Positions 53,501-64,000 of a stretch of DNA of 64,000 nucleotides are shown here, piece by piece (position 1 is the stretch's first letter; every line of letters begins with the position of its first letter). This DNA is from Octopus bimaculoides (taxonomy: Eukaryota), in the NCBI RefSeq assembly GCF_001194135.2, contig NC_068984.1, positions 40,027,568 to 40,091,567 on the forward strand. The letters run 5' to 3'. The notes below the pieces were generated by a model that saw only the letters and a list, made by a program, of their open reading frames with translations, did no database searches and was not told the DNA's origin. Both the position numbers and the translations under genes were made by a program.

Positions 53501-53885
53501 ATTCATTATTTGATTCAGGAGTCCTTTGGTCAGACAAGCTATCTGTATGTTTTCTTTTGGATGGGGAACAAATGAGTCGATTATCTTCGGTCTTATTACA
53601 GAAGGGTGGTGTCTCGGGTTTTATTTGATTCTTACTTTTCGGTGATTCCAATTTAGTACTTTGTTCGTTGCAAGTATCAAGTAATTCGACGACAGAAGTT
53701 CGAGTCGGGTTGTATCTTTTAGATCGAGATATAGTTTTCGATTTAATAGGAGTTAATTTACTCTCTTTGGTTAACTTTTTCGCCACAGTGTTTTCATTCA
53801 CAGATTTATCTTGAACTAATTTTGTCTGAATGCTTTTTTTTCGAGCATTGTAATAGTTAGTGAGAGTCGATTGTTTCGCTTCCAT
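34941..53885 (-). CDS. CDT1: DNA replication licensing factor Cdt1, complete, 675 aa
   Basis: Exons 53885-53385, 49083-48853, 47408-47224, 45975-45787, 44767-44625, 42966-42866, 42228-42040, 39126-39016, 37826-37714, 35934-35846, 35116-34941 (2028 nt, in phase). N-terminal PIP box QSTLTNYY; geminin-binding region PAYKRF...LPYSY..LEEFF...MLHNRSEVCTF; GQIKTVYP; RWHPKF..VPDIEPSPLPQPP; LLERIRAKE; C-terminal KHLELLLEVAPSWI. The exon-1 donor (GTACAG) is the weakest boundary. Confidence 0.95.
35935..37713 (-). other. U12-type (minor spliceosome) GT-AG intron, CDT1 intron 9
   Basis: 5' site GTATCCTTAA (37713 downward); branch TTTCCTTAAC (plus-strand 35945-35954), then TGTATCCAAG to the acceptor. The splice keeps the frame (RIMR-T-YFITEK). 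Confidence 0.92.
39500..40060 (-). mobile_element. piggyBac transposase C-terminal remnant in CDT1 intron 7
   Basis: Degenerate LDQRV...KWWWKFF motif, followed by a cysteine-rich tail (TYFYCSDCSNKMHLQPKECFCKYH). Confidence 0.65.
40185..40662 (-). mobile_element. Mariner (Tc1/mariner) 5' remnant
   Basis: TA-flanked TIR-like TATTGGGTCATCCCATAAATAATGC at 40662. Broken ORF from ATG 40477: MEVTKEHIRYILL...GRSVELDKDVLQTLVEQNPII...EELAEKLGFGHST. Confidence 0.8.
43966..44340 (+). mobile_element. tRNA-derived SINE, near full length
   Basis: Head GGAGTGGCTGTGTGGTAAG...GGTTCAGTCCCACTGCG (A/B-box-like), central (TA/TG)n, and a tail shared with other copies. Confidence 0.8.
45021..45368. mobile_element. 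Non-autonomous element resembling Helentron/HINE-type repeats
   Basis: Subterminal ACCTCCGCCAAGG near the left end; ACCTC...GAGGT hairpin followed by AATAA at the right end. Confidence 0.45.
47803..47986 (-). repeat. RTE-derived 3'-end repeat
   Basis: Same family; another short copy at 42428-42546. Confidence 0.8.
49153..49264. repeat. Imperfect hairpin of about 110 nt in CDT1 intron 1
   Basis: TTGATTGTTGCTTTCACTGTTTCAGCAGTGTATGCTTCAACCTT pairs with AAGGTGAAGCATACACAACTGAAAGGTAGTAAAAGCAACAATCAA. Confidence 0.75.
50775..50982 (-). mobile_element. Second SINE family copy
   Basis: Colinear with 34238-34485. Confidence 0.65.
52951..53104. mobile_element. 154-bp fold-back MITE (GGTAC ends, near-9-bp TSD) with a telomere-like core
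   Basis: Perfect 34-bp TIR GGTACTACTAAAGCAGCACGGTCCCGAACGCGCA; inner arms also pair; central CTAACCCTAACCCTAA; flanks CATTTATTA and CATTTATTT. Confidence 0.8.
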
Positions 53886-54137
53886 GGTTAAGAGGAAAAT
53901 AATACACAAAACATTCCACAAGAAGATCTAACAATAATTTTCCCGCGCTTTGATCACGTGACAAAACAAGTAGAGTTGGAAATAAACACGAATTTATATA
54001 GTAGTTATTTAAACTTTCTCAATAACTATAAATATTTAAAAACAAATTAATAACTGGTTCTGTTAATAAATAACTTTAAATTTACAAAATCCGAAACAAA
54101 ATATAAGCAAAATGCATTGCATAAATCATAACTCAAA
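53886..54137. promoter_or_regulatory. Compact bidirectional promoter between CDT1 and RELCH, with an E2F-like site (TTTTCCCGCGC, 53938-53948) and an E-box/CLEAR-like site (TCACGTGAC, 53954-53962)
   Basis: The divergent ATGs are 252 bp apart. The motifs were read directly. A YY1-like CAAAATGGCGG overlaps the RELCH ATG (54134-54144). Confidence 0.75.
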
Positions 54138-54423
54138 ATGGCGGATGGTTCTAATTCTAATCCGTTCGTAGAGGACGATGGAGATTTTATTGAAAACGAA
54201 CTTGAAGAAAAAGCTTCAGAAAAGTCTCCTAGTTCTGACTGTACAGATATTTCTTGGGATAATATTGCTGTAAAGCTCTTACGCGATAATTTTGTTCTTA
54301 CTGCTCTGGAGTTACACACTGAGCTGGTTGAATCCGGACGTGAACTACCCAGATTGCGAGATTATTTTTCGAATCCGGGAAATTTTGAACGAACAAAAGT
54401 TGAGACATCATCCCCAACGTTAC
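54138..54423 (+). CDS. RELCH: RAB11-binding protein RELCH (KIAA1468), first coding exon; no later exons recognised in the window
   Basis: MADGSNSNPFVEDD...IAVKLLRDNFVLTALELHTELVESGRELPRLRDYFSNPGNFER is the diagnostic RELCH N-terminus. Donor C|GTATGT at 54424. Confidence 0.92.
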
Positions 54424-57400
54424 GTATGTAATTTAACATGCAATATTTTATATATCTGTGACTTTTTGTATATAAGTACTTTCAATTTCCGTTATCGTTA
54501 GATACCTGACTCCTTTACCTAAATAGTTAGGGGGCGTAAACAATCTATCCAACACCTGTGTGATTAAATTAAGTGTTCGGATGATGCTATGTGCTTCATA
54601 TTTCATGTATATATACAATTAAATATACAGCTTCTTACAGTAAAAGCTTAATATCGCTTAATATGTTGACTGTTTTATACTCATTTCGTCGTCTTAAGTT
54701 ATTTATTTTGAAAGAGTAGAGTCGTTGTGTGTTGCTATTGACAACCAAACTGACGACTTATCGCAGATGCTGAATAGAATGTTTATCACCTGGGATGTTG
54801 GAATGTTTGTTTTCGCCTTCTTAAGATGCAGTCTTTTTCTTCATCTTAATTATGCTTTCTCTTTCTGTTCTTATTAAAATTTATTTTTTAATTTAGAAGA
54901 ATCTATAGTTCCAAACGTAATTTATAGATAAAAGTACGTAAAAGAAAATTAAATTCCAATGAGTTGATCTGCTGTGAGAAGTGAAAATGGACACATGTCG
55001 TTCGGAGAGATTGAGAGAGAGAGAGAGACTAATGAGGTTTTTAAACATAATACTGATTACCAATTCATTATGTAATCTTAAATTCGGAAGAAAACATAAG
55101 AAGTCCTTATTCAACAAGCAGTTACATAGTTTGATATTTACCTTCAGGATAGCAGTTGTCAATGTTGATAAATTTAAAGACCAAACAAGTCTTAAAAAAG
55201 AAAAAAACGATTTCTTTTGATGACAGATCTTTCACTGTTTACAAAGAGGATGTGGGGCATTTATAGATACAATATATTATTGGTATTTCTTTATTAATAA
55301 ACTGTAAAGCTACATAGGTAGTTCAAGGTTTATGAAATTTAAATTCTGAATAACGAGGCGCATAATTAGATACCTTCAAGTACTTATTTATTTCGGGCTC
55401 TTTAACGTGTCTATTATCCGTCTGCCACTTCACATGCTGGTTCAATCTGACCACTAATAAGCGGATTAGATCGCTATCGTTAAAGTATAAGAAAATAGAT
55501 TTTCAATGACAACATAATTTTGAATTTTTCTTTTCTTTTAGGATTCTTTTAAACAATAATTTGTTCTTTCATTCTTTAGACGATAGATTGTTTCATTATC
55601 ATAACGAAATTAAATAATTTTTATATAAAACATGCTAGCATGCAAGACAAAAAAATACTATAACCGAGTTACAACTATTGATTATATTTCAAATTTCTCT
55701 GGTTAATAGTTTTGCTGTTTCTTTAAACTTTATAATGCTAAACTCTCGTAGAATCTAATTTGCTCCACTCCACACCGGTTCCGAAGCACCATCTCTTTGC
55801 AATATAACAATTCTTCGATCTTATAAAGATTGTTTGTGGTCGCTCAACCAACTACAGTTATCCAAATATCCCTCAAATTACTATTCCCCGTCTCCATTTA
55901 AAAAGGAAAAAGGTGAAGGACACATTAGATAATGCAGTTAGAGATACTCCTTAAAGTACAGTGTCAAGGCAGGAATATCTTCGACATAGGTCTTGATCAC
56001 GGTTAACATGAAGAGAAACAATAATTTTCTTATGCCAAAAGAGAGGCCTCTTTGTGGACGCTCGATCTGCTAGAAATGGCAGCCAATACTTCCTTAAATC
56101 ACCCTGTCGTCTCAAAAACAAAAAAAAACCCCAGAAAAAGGAGACATTGGTTAAGGTGGTTGTAGATACACTATCTTAATAAGGGATGGAGGTGGAATGG
56201 TTACGACAGGAACACCTTGATCCTGGGTCTTCTCTTTTGTGGGTAAACAACATAAAAGGTCTTTTTAAAGCTTCGTTGTCGTTCGATACAACAAGTAAAT
56301 TGATTTGTAACTAATTCTGTGGTCAATGAACGATGCACTTCATTCAGCTATATTTTGTTTAGGTATGTATTTATCAGTACAATCATATCTGTCGTTGGTA
56401 TTTATTGGTTTCACAGATTTCTGTTATTGTATCTCTTTCTGTACTGCTCGTTTTTAGATTATCAAGTGAATTTTATTTTATTATTTAGTCACACTCATTA
56501 AAATTTTAGCCTTGGGAAATCTTACTCGCTAGATTTCATTACCAACGAAAAGGAGAGGTTTTTTTAAAAACATTTTCTATCTTCTAATTTTCGGCATCGT
56601 ATTATATATATATATATATATATATNNNNNNNNNNNNNNNNNNNNNNNNNNNNNNNNNNNNNNNTATATATATACATACACACACATACACACACACACA
56701 GCGCGTAATTCTTCTTGCCTTTCTTTCCATCCATTATATGCACGAGAATTTTTTAATGCATATTTACTATCTGTTAAAGCTTTTAGATTCTAAGGCTGCT
56801 TTCACATTAAAAAAAAATTCCTGTAATATTTTCAAAGAAAATCATGTGTCGATATAGAATTTCACTGTTTTAGATTAGGTTTCAAAATGTTTGTCTATGG
56901 TTCTTGAACAACCAGCCTTATACTTCACCGTCTGTAGATTGAACAAAATACTATCACACTTTTCTTAAACAATAGTTATTTTGACTATATTTGAAATATA
57001 TTAAAAACGTGATCTGAAGGTTTTCACTATAGTCATCCTTTTCTGTTATATCGTTACATTCTAACATGAAGTGAACAGATTCTTTATAACTTTCCCCTCT
57101 CCAGCATTATGTATAGTAAGCAAGTTTTCTTTAATCTAAATCTGTTTTTTATTTTGTTTTGGCCGTCACAGGCAATGCTGGAGCACCAGTCTGATTGTCA
57201 CTGTATCAAAAGTGACAATTTCACAAATACGTCAGAGTGGTATTTGGCTTATACCAACAGCTGAGTTGTTTTTCTTGCTGTTCCACTTGATAATCTCTCT
57301 GAAATGTAAATCCTCATGGACTAACAGAATCAGAAGTTTTGGGAGAAACTCTGACAGGTGGTGTAATGATTCAGTGTTTAGTATGCTGTGTGATGGGTTT

Positions 57401-57507
57401 AAAGTTCTGTACTCTTGTATGGAAAGCTTAATTTTTCTGACTCAGTTATAAAGCTACCAATAACAAATTGACTGGGTAGTCAAAATAAAACTGAATGTAA
57501 ATTTGCA

Positions 57508-57882
57508 AGGCACAGGAGTGGCTGTGTGGTAAGTAGGTTCCAGGTTCAGTCCCACTGCGTGACACCTTGGGCAAGTGTCTTCTACTATAGCCTTGGGCTG
57601 ACCAAAGCCTTGTGAGTGGATTTGGTAGACGGAAACTGAAAGAAGCCCGTCGAATATATATANNNNNNNNNNNNNNNNNNNNNNNNNNNNNNNNNNNNNN
57701 NNNNNNNNNNNNNNNNNNNNNNNNNNNNNNNNNNNNNNGTGTTTACGTCCCTGTAACCTAGCGGTTCGGAAAAAAGAGATTGATAGAATAAGTACTAGGC
57801 TGACAAAGAATAAGTCCTGGGGTCAATTTTCTCGACTAAAGGCGGTGCTCCAGCATGGCCGCTGTCAAATGACTGAAACAAG
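57508..57882 (+). mobile_element. tRNA-derived SINE (same family), interrupted by a gap
   Basis: Same head and tail as 43966-44340. Further partial copies at about 6320-6470, 8560-8660, 25410-25530, 27476-27935, 36290-36420, 36810-36940, 37070-37210, 49750-49880 and 60230-60365. Confidence 0.8.
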
Positions 57883-58399
57883 TGGGGTTTTTGAATTTTA
57901 GTTCTCTTAAGCAATTCTCTTGATATCCTAAAACCATGTAAAAAACACCCAGTACACTCAGTAGAGTGGTTGGCACTAGTAAGGGCACCCAACTGTAGAA
58001 ACCATGCCAAAACAGACTTGGAACCTGGTGTGGCTCTTGACCTTGCCAGTTCCTGTCAAGCTGTCCAACCCATGCCAGCATGGAAAATGGATGTCAAATG
58101 TTGATGATGATGATGATGATGATAAGCACCCTCTAATGTTTTGATTTTGTCAGATTTTGCTTTACTCTATCAATTCCAAAAATCTATTCTGTACAATTTT
58201 CTCTTTCAGATTTTAGTTTTACTATATTATTCCAAATGTATATGATAATATTCTTTTGGATTTTTTAATCAATAGCAAAGGCAGAAACTTTCTAAACCTT
58301 TTTTTTCTTTAAAATAAATCCTGAGATTTCTCTCAAGTCATTGACCTCCATCAGTGTTGATAACAGATTATCTAATTTTCTTAAATGCTCTTAACATTT

Positions 58400-59560
58400 T
58401 AATTCAGTCTTATTCATCACTGATCTCTTTGATTCTCTCAGGTTTCAAGTTTCTATTATAGATCTGGTTAAGTAGCTTTGATCTGCTGTGTTTAGTCAGA
58501 CTCAAGGTACGAGGTAGTCAATCTAGTATTGCTGGCTGCTGCAGATACAAGCAAAGTAAACTCAGATGCTGCATGCTTCCTGCAAGATTTACTGGAGACA
58601 TTTGTTAACTCAGTGCAATATGGATTTAAGGGTATCCGTCTTGACATATATATGTGTTGTCTGTGAAAGTTGAGGATTAATTTCTTTAGCATTTTTGAAA
58701 TTGCTCATAGAAGAGGAATAGATCTCTTGGATGCTGGTCCTAATTGTTTTAGGTGTATGTAAAATGTACTATCATGTGTTATAGTTCACAAGTGATGTTG
58801 TGTTTTGGAGTAAAGGATGGTTGGTAGTAATCTTGATGGGAAATGTTTATGTAGTGTTTCATGTTTTTGCTTTAGATCTTTAATTAGGGAGTTCAACAGT
58901 TTTTAGTGTGTGAAAATGATGTTGGGAATTACTATTGTAGCATGTGAAACATTTATTGTCAAATTTGCTGATTCTACTAATTACTATAATTTGCTGTTGT
59001 CAATTAGGCTTACTTTCCTGGGTTTGATAATGTTTTTATTTATTTCTCTATTTAGTTTTCTCTGTAATTGTATATATTTTTTCAGTCTGTGAGGTTATCA
59101 TAAAATTTTCTTTTTCTCAAGTGGCTTCTGAACTGCTTTACTGAATGTGTGTCCTTGCTTGTCAGCAGGTAATTTTAGATCTGTTGTAGAGTAAGTATAA
59201 ATTTAGATCTGGTTTCTTTCTGAATATTGTCCCATTGGGAGTTACTTTTTATTTTAAAAATGCGCTTTTGCTGGTATTATTGTATTAGTATGTTGAAATG
59301 TAATGAGTAGGTGCGGAATAAAATCTGAAGAACTGTTTTGCATGTGAATGAATTGGTTGGGTTTGTTGAGCAAAAGTTGCTGCCTGTTAAGGTAGTTAGT
59401 TTTGTGTGGTATGTGAGTTTGTTGATTTTGATTGTTTAGTATATTTTATTGTGTTATGACTTGTGTTAAATATTTTTTTCATGCATATATGTTCACTGAA
59501 ATTGCATTTTTCAACATCTTGCATTGAATGTAGGTAATGTAGTTCACACATGTAGTCATG
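58400..59560 (-). mobile_element. Highly degenerate retroelement-like tract (possibly Penelope-like)
   Basis: Strong strand asymmetry (GT-rich on +) and only faint RT/GIY-YIG-like residues; no open frame. Confidence 0.25.
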
Positions 59561-59689
59561 TAGAATATAAAGAAGATGGTGTTATATCATCATCATCACT
59601 TAATGTTCACTTACCATGGTGGCATGGATTGGACGTTGTGACACGAGCTAGCTAGGCAGAAGACTGCACCATGCTTCGCTGTCTGTTTT

Positions 59690-59737
<48 letters not shown>

Positions 59738-59748
59738 NNNNNNNNNNN

Positions 59749-60030
59749 TTTCGAGCGAGATCGTTGCCAGTGCCCCTGGACTGGCTTGTGCGGGTGGCAC
59801 ATAAAAGACACCATTTCGAGCGTGGCCGTTTTCGTGCGGGTGACACGTAAAAGCACCCACTACACTCTCTGAGTGGTTGGTGTTAGGAAGGGCATCCAGC
59901 TGTAGAAACTCTGCCAAATCAGACTGGAGCCTGGTGTTGCCATCCGGTTTCACCAGTCCTCAGTCAAATCGTCCAACCCATGCTAGCATGGAAAGCGGAC
60001 GTTAAACGATGATGATGATGATGATGATGA
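59749..60030 (+). repeat. RTE-derived 3'-end repeat with a (GAT)n tail
   Basis: Reverse complement of the 26458-26752 copy. Confidence 0.8.
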
Positions 60031-60979
60031 TATATATATCTGTTATCTTTTACTTGCTTCAGTCATTAGATTGTTGCCATGCCAGGGCACCACCTTGAAT
60101 TTTAACCAAATGAATCGACCCCAGGACTTCATTTTTAAGCCTAGTATTTATTCTATTGGTCTCTTTTGTCAAACCACTGCATTACTGGGATGTAGTTGTC
60201 AAACTGTGGTGGGGGGCAAACAAGGGCACATACACATAGATATATGTGCAATGGGCTTATTTCAGTTTCCGTCTACCAAATGCACTCACAAGGCTTTGGT
60301 TAGCCTGAGGCTATAGTAGAAGGCTATAGTTCAAGGTCGCATGCAGTGGGACTGAACCTGGAACTATTAGCTCTTCGTTCATATATGTTTAATCAAATAT
60401 ATACCTAGAAAGTGTGCAAAGAAATTTAATGAGTTGATCATAATTTGTAGTGGGTAGTTGCTTTACTTATTGTTTAGCCATAAGTTAATATTAATACAGC
60501 AGACCTATAATCATTGGTTCTTGCAGCTATGATCATGTGCTTTTTTTTTTCCCAAGCTTATTTTCTAATATCTGCCTATTTTTTAAGACTGTAGTATGAT
60601 TTGAAGAAGAAGTGGCTGCTATCTGCAGCAAGACAAGTAACCATGTAGCAGCTCCTGCTTTGGTTCACAGTTGGTTTTGTTGTTGCTGTTTATTCATAAG
60701 TCAGCCTTAAGAGAACAGGTCTATGATGTTCAAGAGGAAACATCCAACCTTTTCAAAATGTTATGATCTGAGGGAGATTTGCTGCTGCTTCTTGCAAGTC
60801 AAACAACTATCTGTAGACTTTCCTTATTGGGTTTTAATTGGGTAAATGGTTAATGTCTTGAAGGGTGTTGTCATTTGTTTAATGTTGTGTGCTGGTTCTC
60901 TCCATTTCACTCTGTATCCTTACACTCACCTCTCTCCCCAATTTCCATCTCTTAATTACTATAGCCTCACATCTATTTT

Positions 60980-61825
60980 GATACCTGTGTGTGAACAACT
61001 ATGCTACATGGCAGTGAAACATGGGCTGTGACAGCTGAGGACATATGTAGGCTTCACTGGATGTGCAATGTCAGTGTGCATGTATGACAGAGTATAAGCA
61101 TCTTGAGACAAAAGATGGGCGTAAGAGGCATCAGGGGTGGTGTGCAAGAGAGACGACTGTGCTGGTATGGTCATGTGATGCATTTGGACGAGGACAACTG
61201 TGTAAAGTGCCGATCTCTAACTATGGAGGGAACCTGTGGTAGAGGTAGACCCAGGAAGACATGGGACGAGATGGTGAAGCATGATCTTCAAACTTTGAGC
61301 CTCACAGAGGCAATGACTAATGACTGAAACCTTTGGTGATATGCTATGCTTGAGAAGACCTGTCAAGTGAAATCGTAGTCGTGGCCAATGCTGGTGTCAC
61401 ACAACTGGCACCTGTGCTTGTGGCATGTAAAAAGCACTTTTCAAGTGTTGGGTCTTATAGAGGGAAGGTGGCCAATGCTGGTGGCATGTGACAAGCACCT
61501 TTCGAGTGTTGTGCCTCAGAGAGGCAATGGTGAATGATTGGGACCTTTGGCATTATGCTGTGCTTGAGAAGAAGGCCCATCAAGCCAAGTAAAATCGTAG
61601 TTGTAGCAGATACTGGTGTCACACAAATGGCACCTGTGCTGGTGGCATGTAAAAGCACCCATTACACTCTTGGAGTGGTTGGCATTAGGAAGGGCATCCA
61701 GCTGTAGAAACTATGCTAAATCAGACTGGAGTCTGGTGCAACCTTCCAGCTTGCCAACCTTGGTCAAACCATCCAACCTATAGGAACATGAACAACGGAT
61801 GTTTGAGGATGATGATGATGTTGAT
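60980..61825 (+). mobile_element. RTE LINE 3' fragment (same family as 31330-33610)
   Basis: RRLCWYGHVMH...GRGRPRKTWDEMVKHDL C-terminus, shared 3'UTR and (GAT)n tail. Confidence 0.85.
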
Positions 61826-62764
61826 GATTTGTTCTGCTGTTACATTTGTTCAACTGGAACACTCTCTTGGGTTACCTTTATTGTCATCCAACTCATCTCT
61901 TTACCGTTATCTCACTATCCATCTTTACACCTTTAGGTACCCTCTAGCTTTTCTTTCTCTCACTGCACCCACCCACTGCTCTCTCCACTACTCTATTTTC
62001 TCATCCTCTCTCTACAGGTGCTTTCACTGTGGTATTCACACTGCGCTTTCTTTCCCCCTCAACTTCGACAGTACCCTTCAGGTTCTCTTTCCCTCATTGC
62101 TCTCATTGCGCCCAGTCACTGCTCCCCAACTTTGTGCCATATTTTTTCGCATTGTCCTCTCCCCACAGCTTCACTACCTCCTCAACACCTACCTCTTATC
62201 TTTCCCTTCTCCCTCTAGCTTACCCCTCCACAACCTTCCACACCTCTTTTTCTTTCAGTGATTCTCTCAAGATTCCTCACTGTCCTAGTCTGTTGCTCCC
62301 TTTCTCATCTCTATCTCTCACACCTATCCATATTTTCCCTAATAATGTAGAATAGTCCTAAAGCTCTCTCTACATAACCCTTTCTGTCACTTTTCCACTG
62401 TTCCTACTTTTCTCAACAATCTTTGATATTAATCCAATCTCTTCATTTGTTCTCCTGCCATACTCTCTTCTCCAGTTATTATTTAATCAGCTAATCCCTC
62501 CACTAACACTCTGTTGCAACTATAAATCTGCTCCACTCATCTTACTTAGCTTCCCTTATCATTCCACCCAGAATCATTGTACCCTCTATCTTCTATTCTC
62601 CCTCAGTTATAGGGGGTCACTTTAGGCTCTTAGTCTTACAAGTTATAAAGGTGATCGATCTTCACTGGTGCTGGCACTATGAAAAAGAACCCACTACACT
62701 CAGTAAAGTGGTTGGCATTAAGACTGGCTTCCAGCTGTAGAAACTATGCTAAAGCAGACAGACA

Positions 62765-63325
62765 TTGAACAGATTTTCCTGTGATGGGATCAGCCTGATG
62801 CACTTTTGATCGGGTGTCAGAAGTGGCACCCACCTGGCAAAAGCCTTCATCATGCCAAATTCATTGTTCAAAATATTTTCAACTCTCTCAAGGGATATGC
62901 TAGTAGCATTGGGTATTTGATTTACGGTCAGTCGTCTGTCATCCATCACCATGTGATGAACATGATCAATGTTTTTGTCAGTGGTGGCAGTTGCAGAACG
63001 TCCAAACCTTGGGTCATCTTCAAGACTCCCCCTTCTCCTCCTAAATTCAGCTGCCCACTTTTGCACTGTTGATAAAGTTGGATTGTCATCCCCTAATGTA
63101 GTAACCATGTCAGCATGAATGTCCTTGGGGGCGAAACCTTCTTTTCTGCAGACCCTTGATAACACCACAATACCAAATTTTGTCCATTTTCATGATATGT
63201 TGTTTACCTGGAAAGAAACAATTCTGTTATCAATAAGAAGGGTTGAAATTAATGCATGCAAGATTTCACAAGTCTAGCATCATTCCTTCATGGTCAGCCT
63301 CTGAACTTTTCATCCCACCCTCATA
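62765..63325 (-). mobile_element. Mariner transposase 5' remnant
   Basis: HADMVTTLGDDNPTLSTVQKWAAEFRR...SLEDDPR...ARWVPLLTPDQK (HTH region and WVPHEL-like motif). TIR-like TATGAGGGTGGGATGAAAAGTTC at the 63325 end. Confidence 0.85.
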
Positions 63326-63889
63326 TGTATAGGATTTAGTTGCTTCCTCTGCTATTCAGTTGGTTTTAGTTGTTGTTTAGCCACAGGTCAGTTATGACTG
63401 TCAGTACCTACAGCCAAAGCCCTTCCGTCATCACTATCATGTCCTTTTTGTTATATGTAGGGTAATGTTGCCCTTCCAAATTTTTTAAGATGGTAGGGTG
63501 TGATTTGAAAGAATTTAGCTGTGATTTTTAGCAGGGTGGCTACATAGAAAGTTTCCTTTCCGTGTTGTAGTTGGTAGGATTTGGTGTATTCATTCTAATT
63601 TCACTACAGAATGTATTGATAATTTCTATAAACGAGAAAAGTTATTTTCTTACATATTTAACCAAACACATAGTTTTAGATATTTTATTTAAAAAAATAA
63701 AGAAAGGAAAAGAAAAAAAAAAATGATCAATCCTAATTCTCTATAATATGATTAGTTACTTTAGATGTTGCTTAACCTCAGGTCAGCTTTGGTCATGTAG
63801 AGCTATGGTCAGTGGTATTTCAGCTGTGACAATCCTGATTTTACATTTTTTTTTTCTGCAGACATAGATCTCTAATTATATTATCTTTA

Positions 63890-63911
63890 TCTATATATAT
63901 AAAAATGAGAA

Positions 63912-64000
<89 letters not shown>
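63890..64000 (+). mobile_element. Helitron-like 5' terminus followed by a (CTGT)n microsatellite
   Basis: A|TCTATATATATAAAAATGAGAATGTCTGTCTGTC...; a TC start after an A is typical of non-autonomous Helitrons. Confidence 0.55.

Noticed and set aside
53886-53921. Upstream in-frame ATG extending CDT1 (MWNVLCIIFLLT)
   Set aside because: The PIP degron normally lies at the extreme N-terminus, so Met at 53885 fits better. The extension lies in the promoter/5'UTR.
54047-54319. 90-aa minus-strand ORF
   Set aside because: Antisense shadow of RELCH exon 1, with no recognisable domain.
61713-62355. Several 100-180 aa L/S/P-rich ORFs
   Set aside because: Low-complexity CT-rich DNA adjoining a LINE tail; no domain.
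54424-64000. Search for RELCH exon 2 (expected to encode a motif like SLDFARYSDDG)
   Set aside because: Not found by eye; it is probably beyond the window or inside a gap.
1-64000. CRISPR arrays, rRNA genes, bona fide tRNA genes or prokaryotic systems
   Set aside because: None seen. tRNA-like A/B boxes belong to SINE heads.

Overview
AT-rich, intron-rich eukaryotic DNA. The repeat landscape ((CAT)n-tailed RTE ends, abundant tRNA-SINEs, (TA)n) suggests a cephalopod, probably Octopus; this is an inference. Five genes were rebuilt by hand with phase-consistent splice sites: the 3' part of BZW/5MP (+, 436-4396), complete RSU1 (-, 5593-20321, 270 aa), complete PFDN5 (+, 23306-29632, 156 aa), complete CDT1 (-, 34941-53885, 675 aa) and the first coding exon of RELCH/KIAA1468 (+, 54138-54423). 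The arrangement is BZW -> <- RSU1 | PFDN5 -> <- CDT1 | RELCH ->. Highlights: two U12 (minor-spliceosome) GT-AG introns, one in PFDN5 and one in CDT1; a 252-bp divergent CDT1/RELCH promoter with adjacent E2F-like and CACGTG motifs; head-on poly(A) signals between BZW and RSU1; two putative Merlin-like MITEs, one nested in a SINE; and several long intronic hairpins. The rest is decayed RTE, mariner, piggyBac and Helitron remnants, SINEs, microsatellites and assembly gaps. I found no convincing wholly new biological system. Repeat boundaries are approximate.
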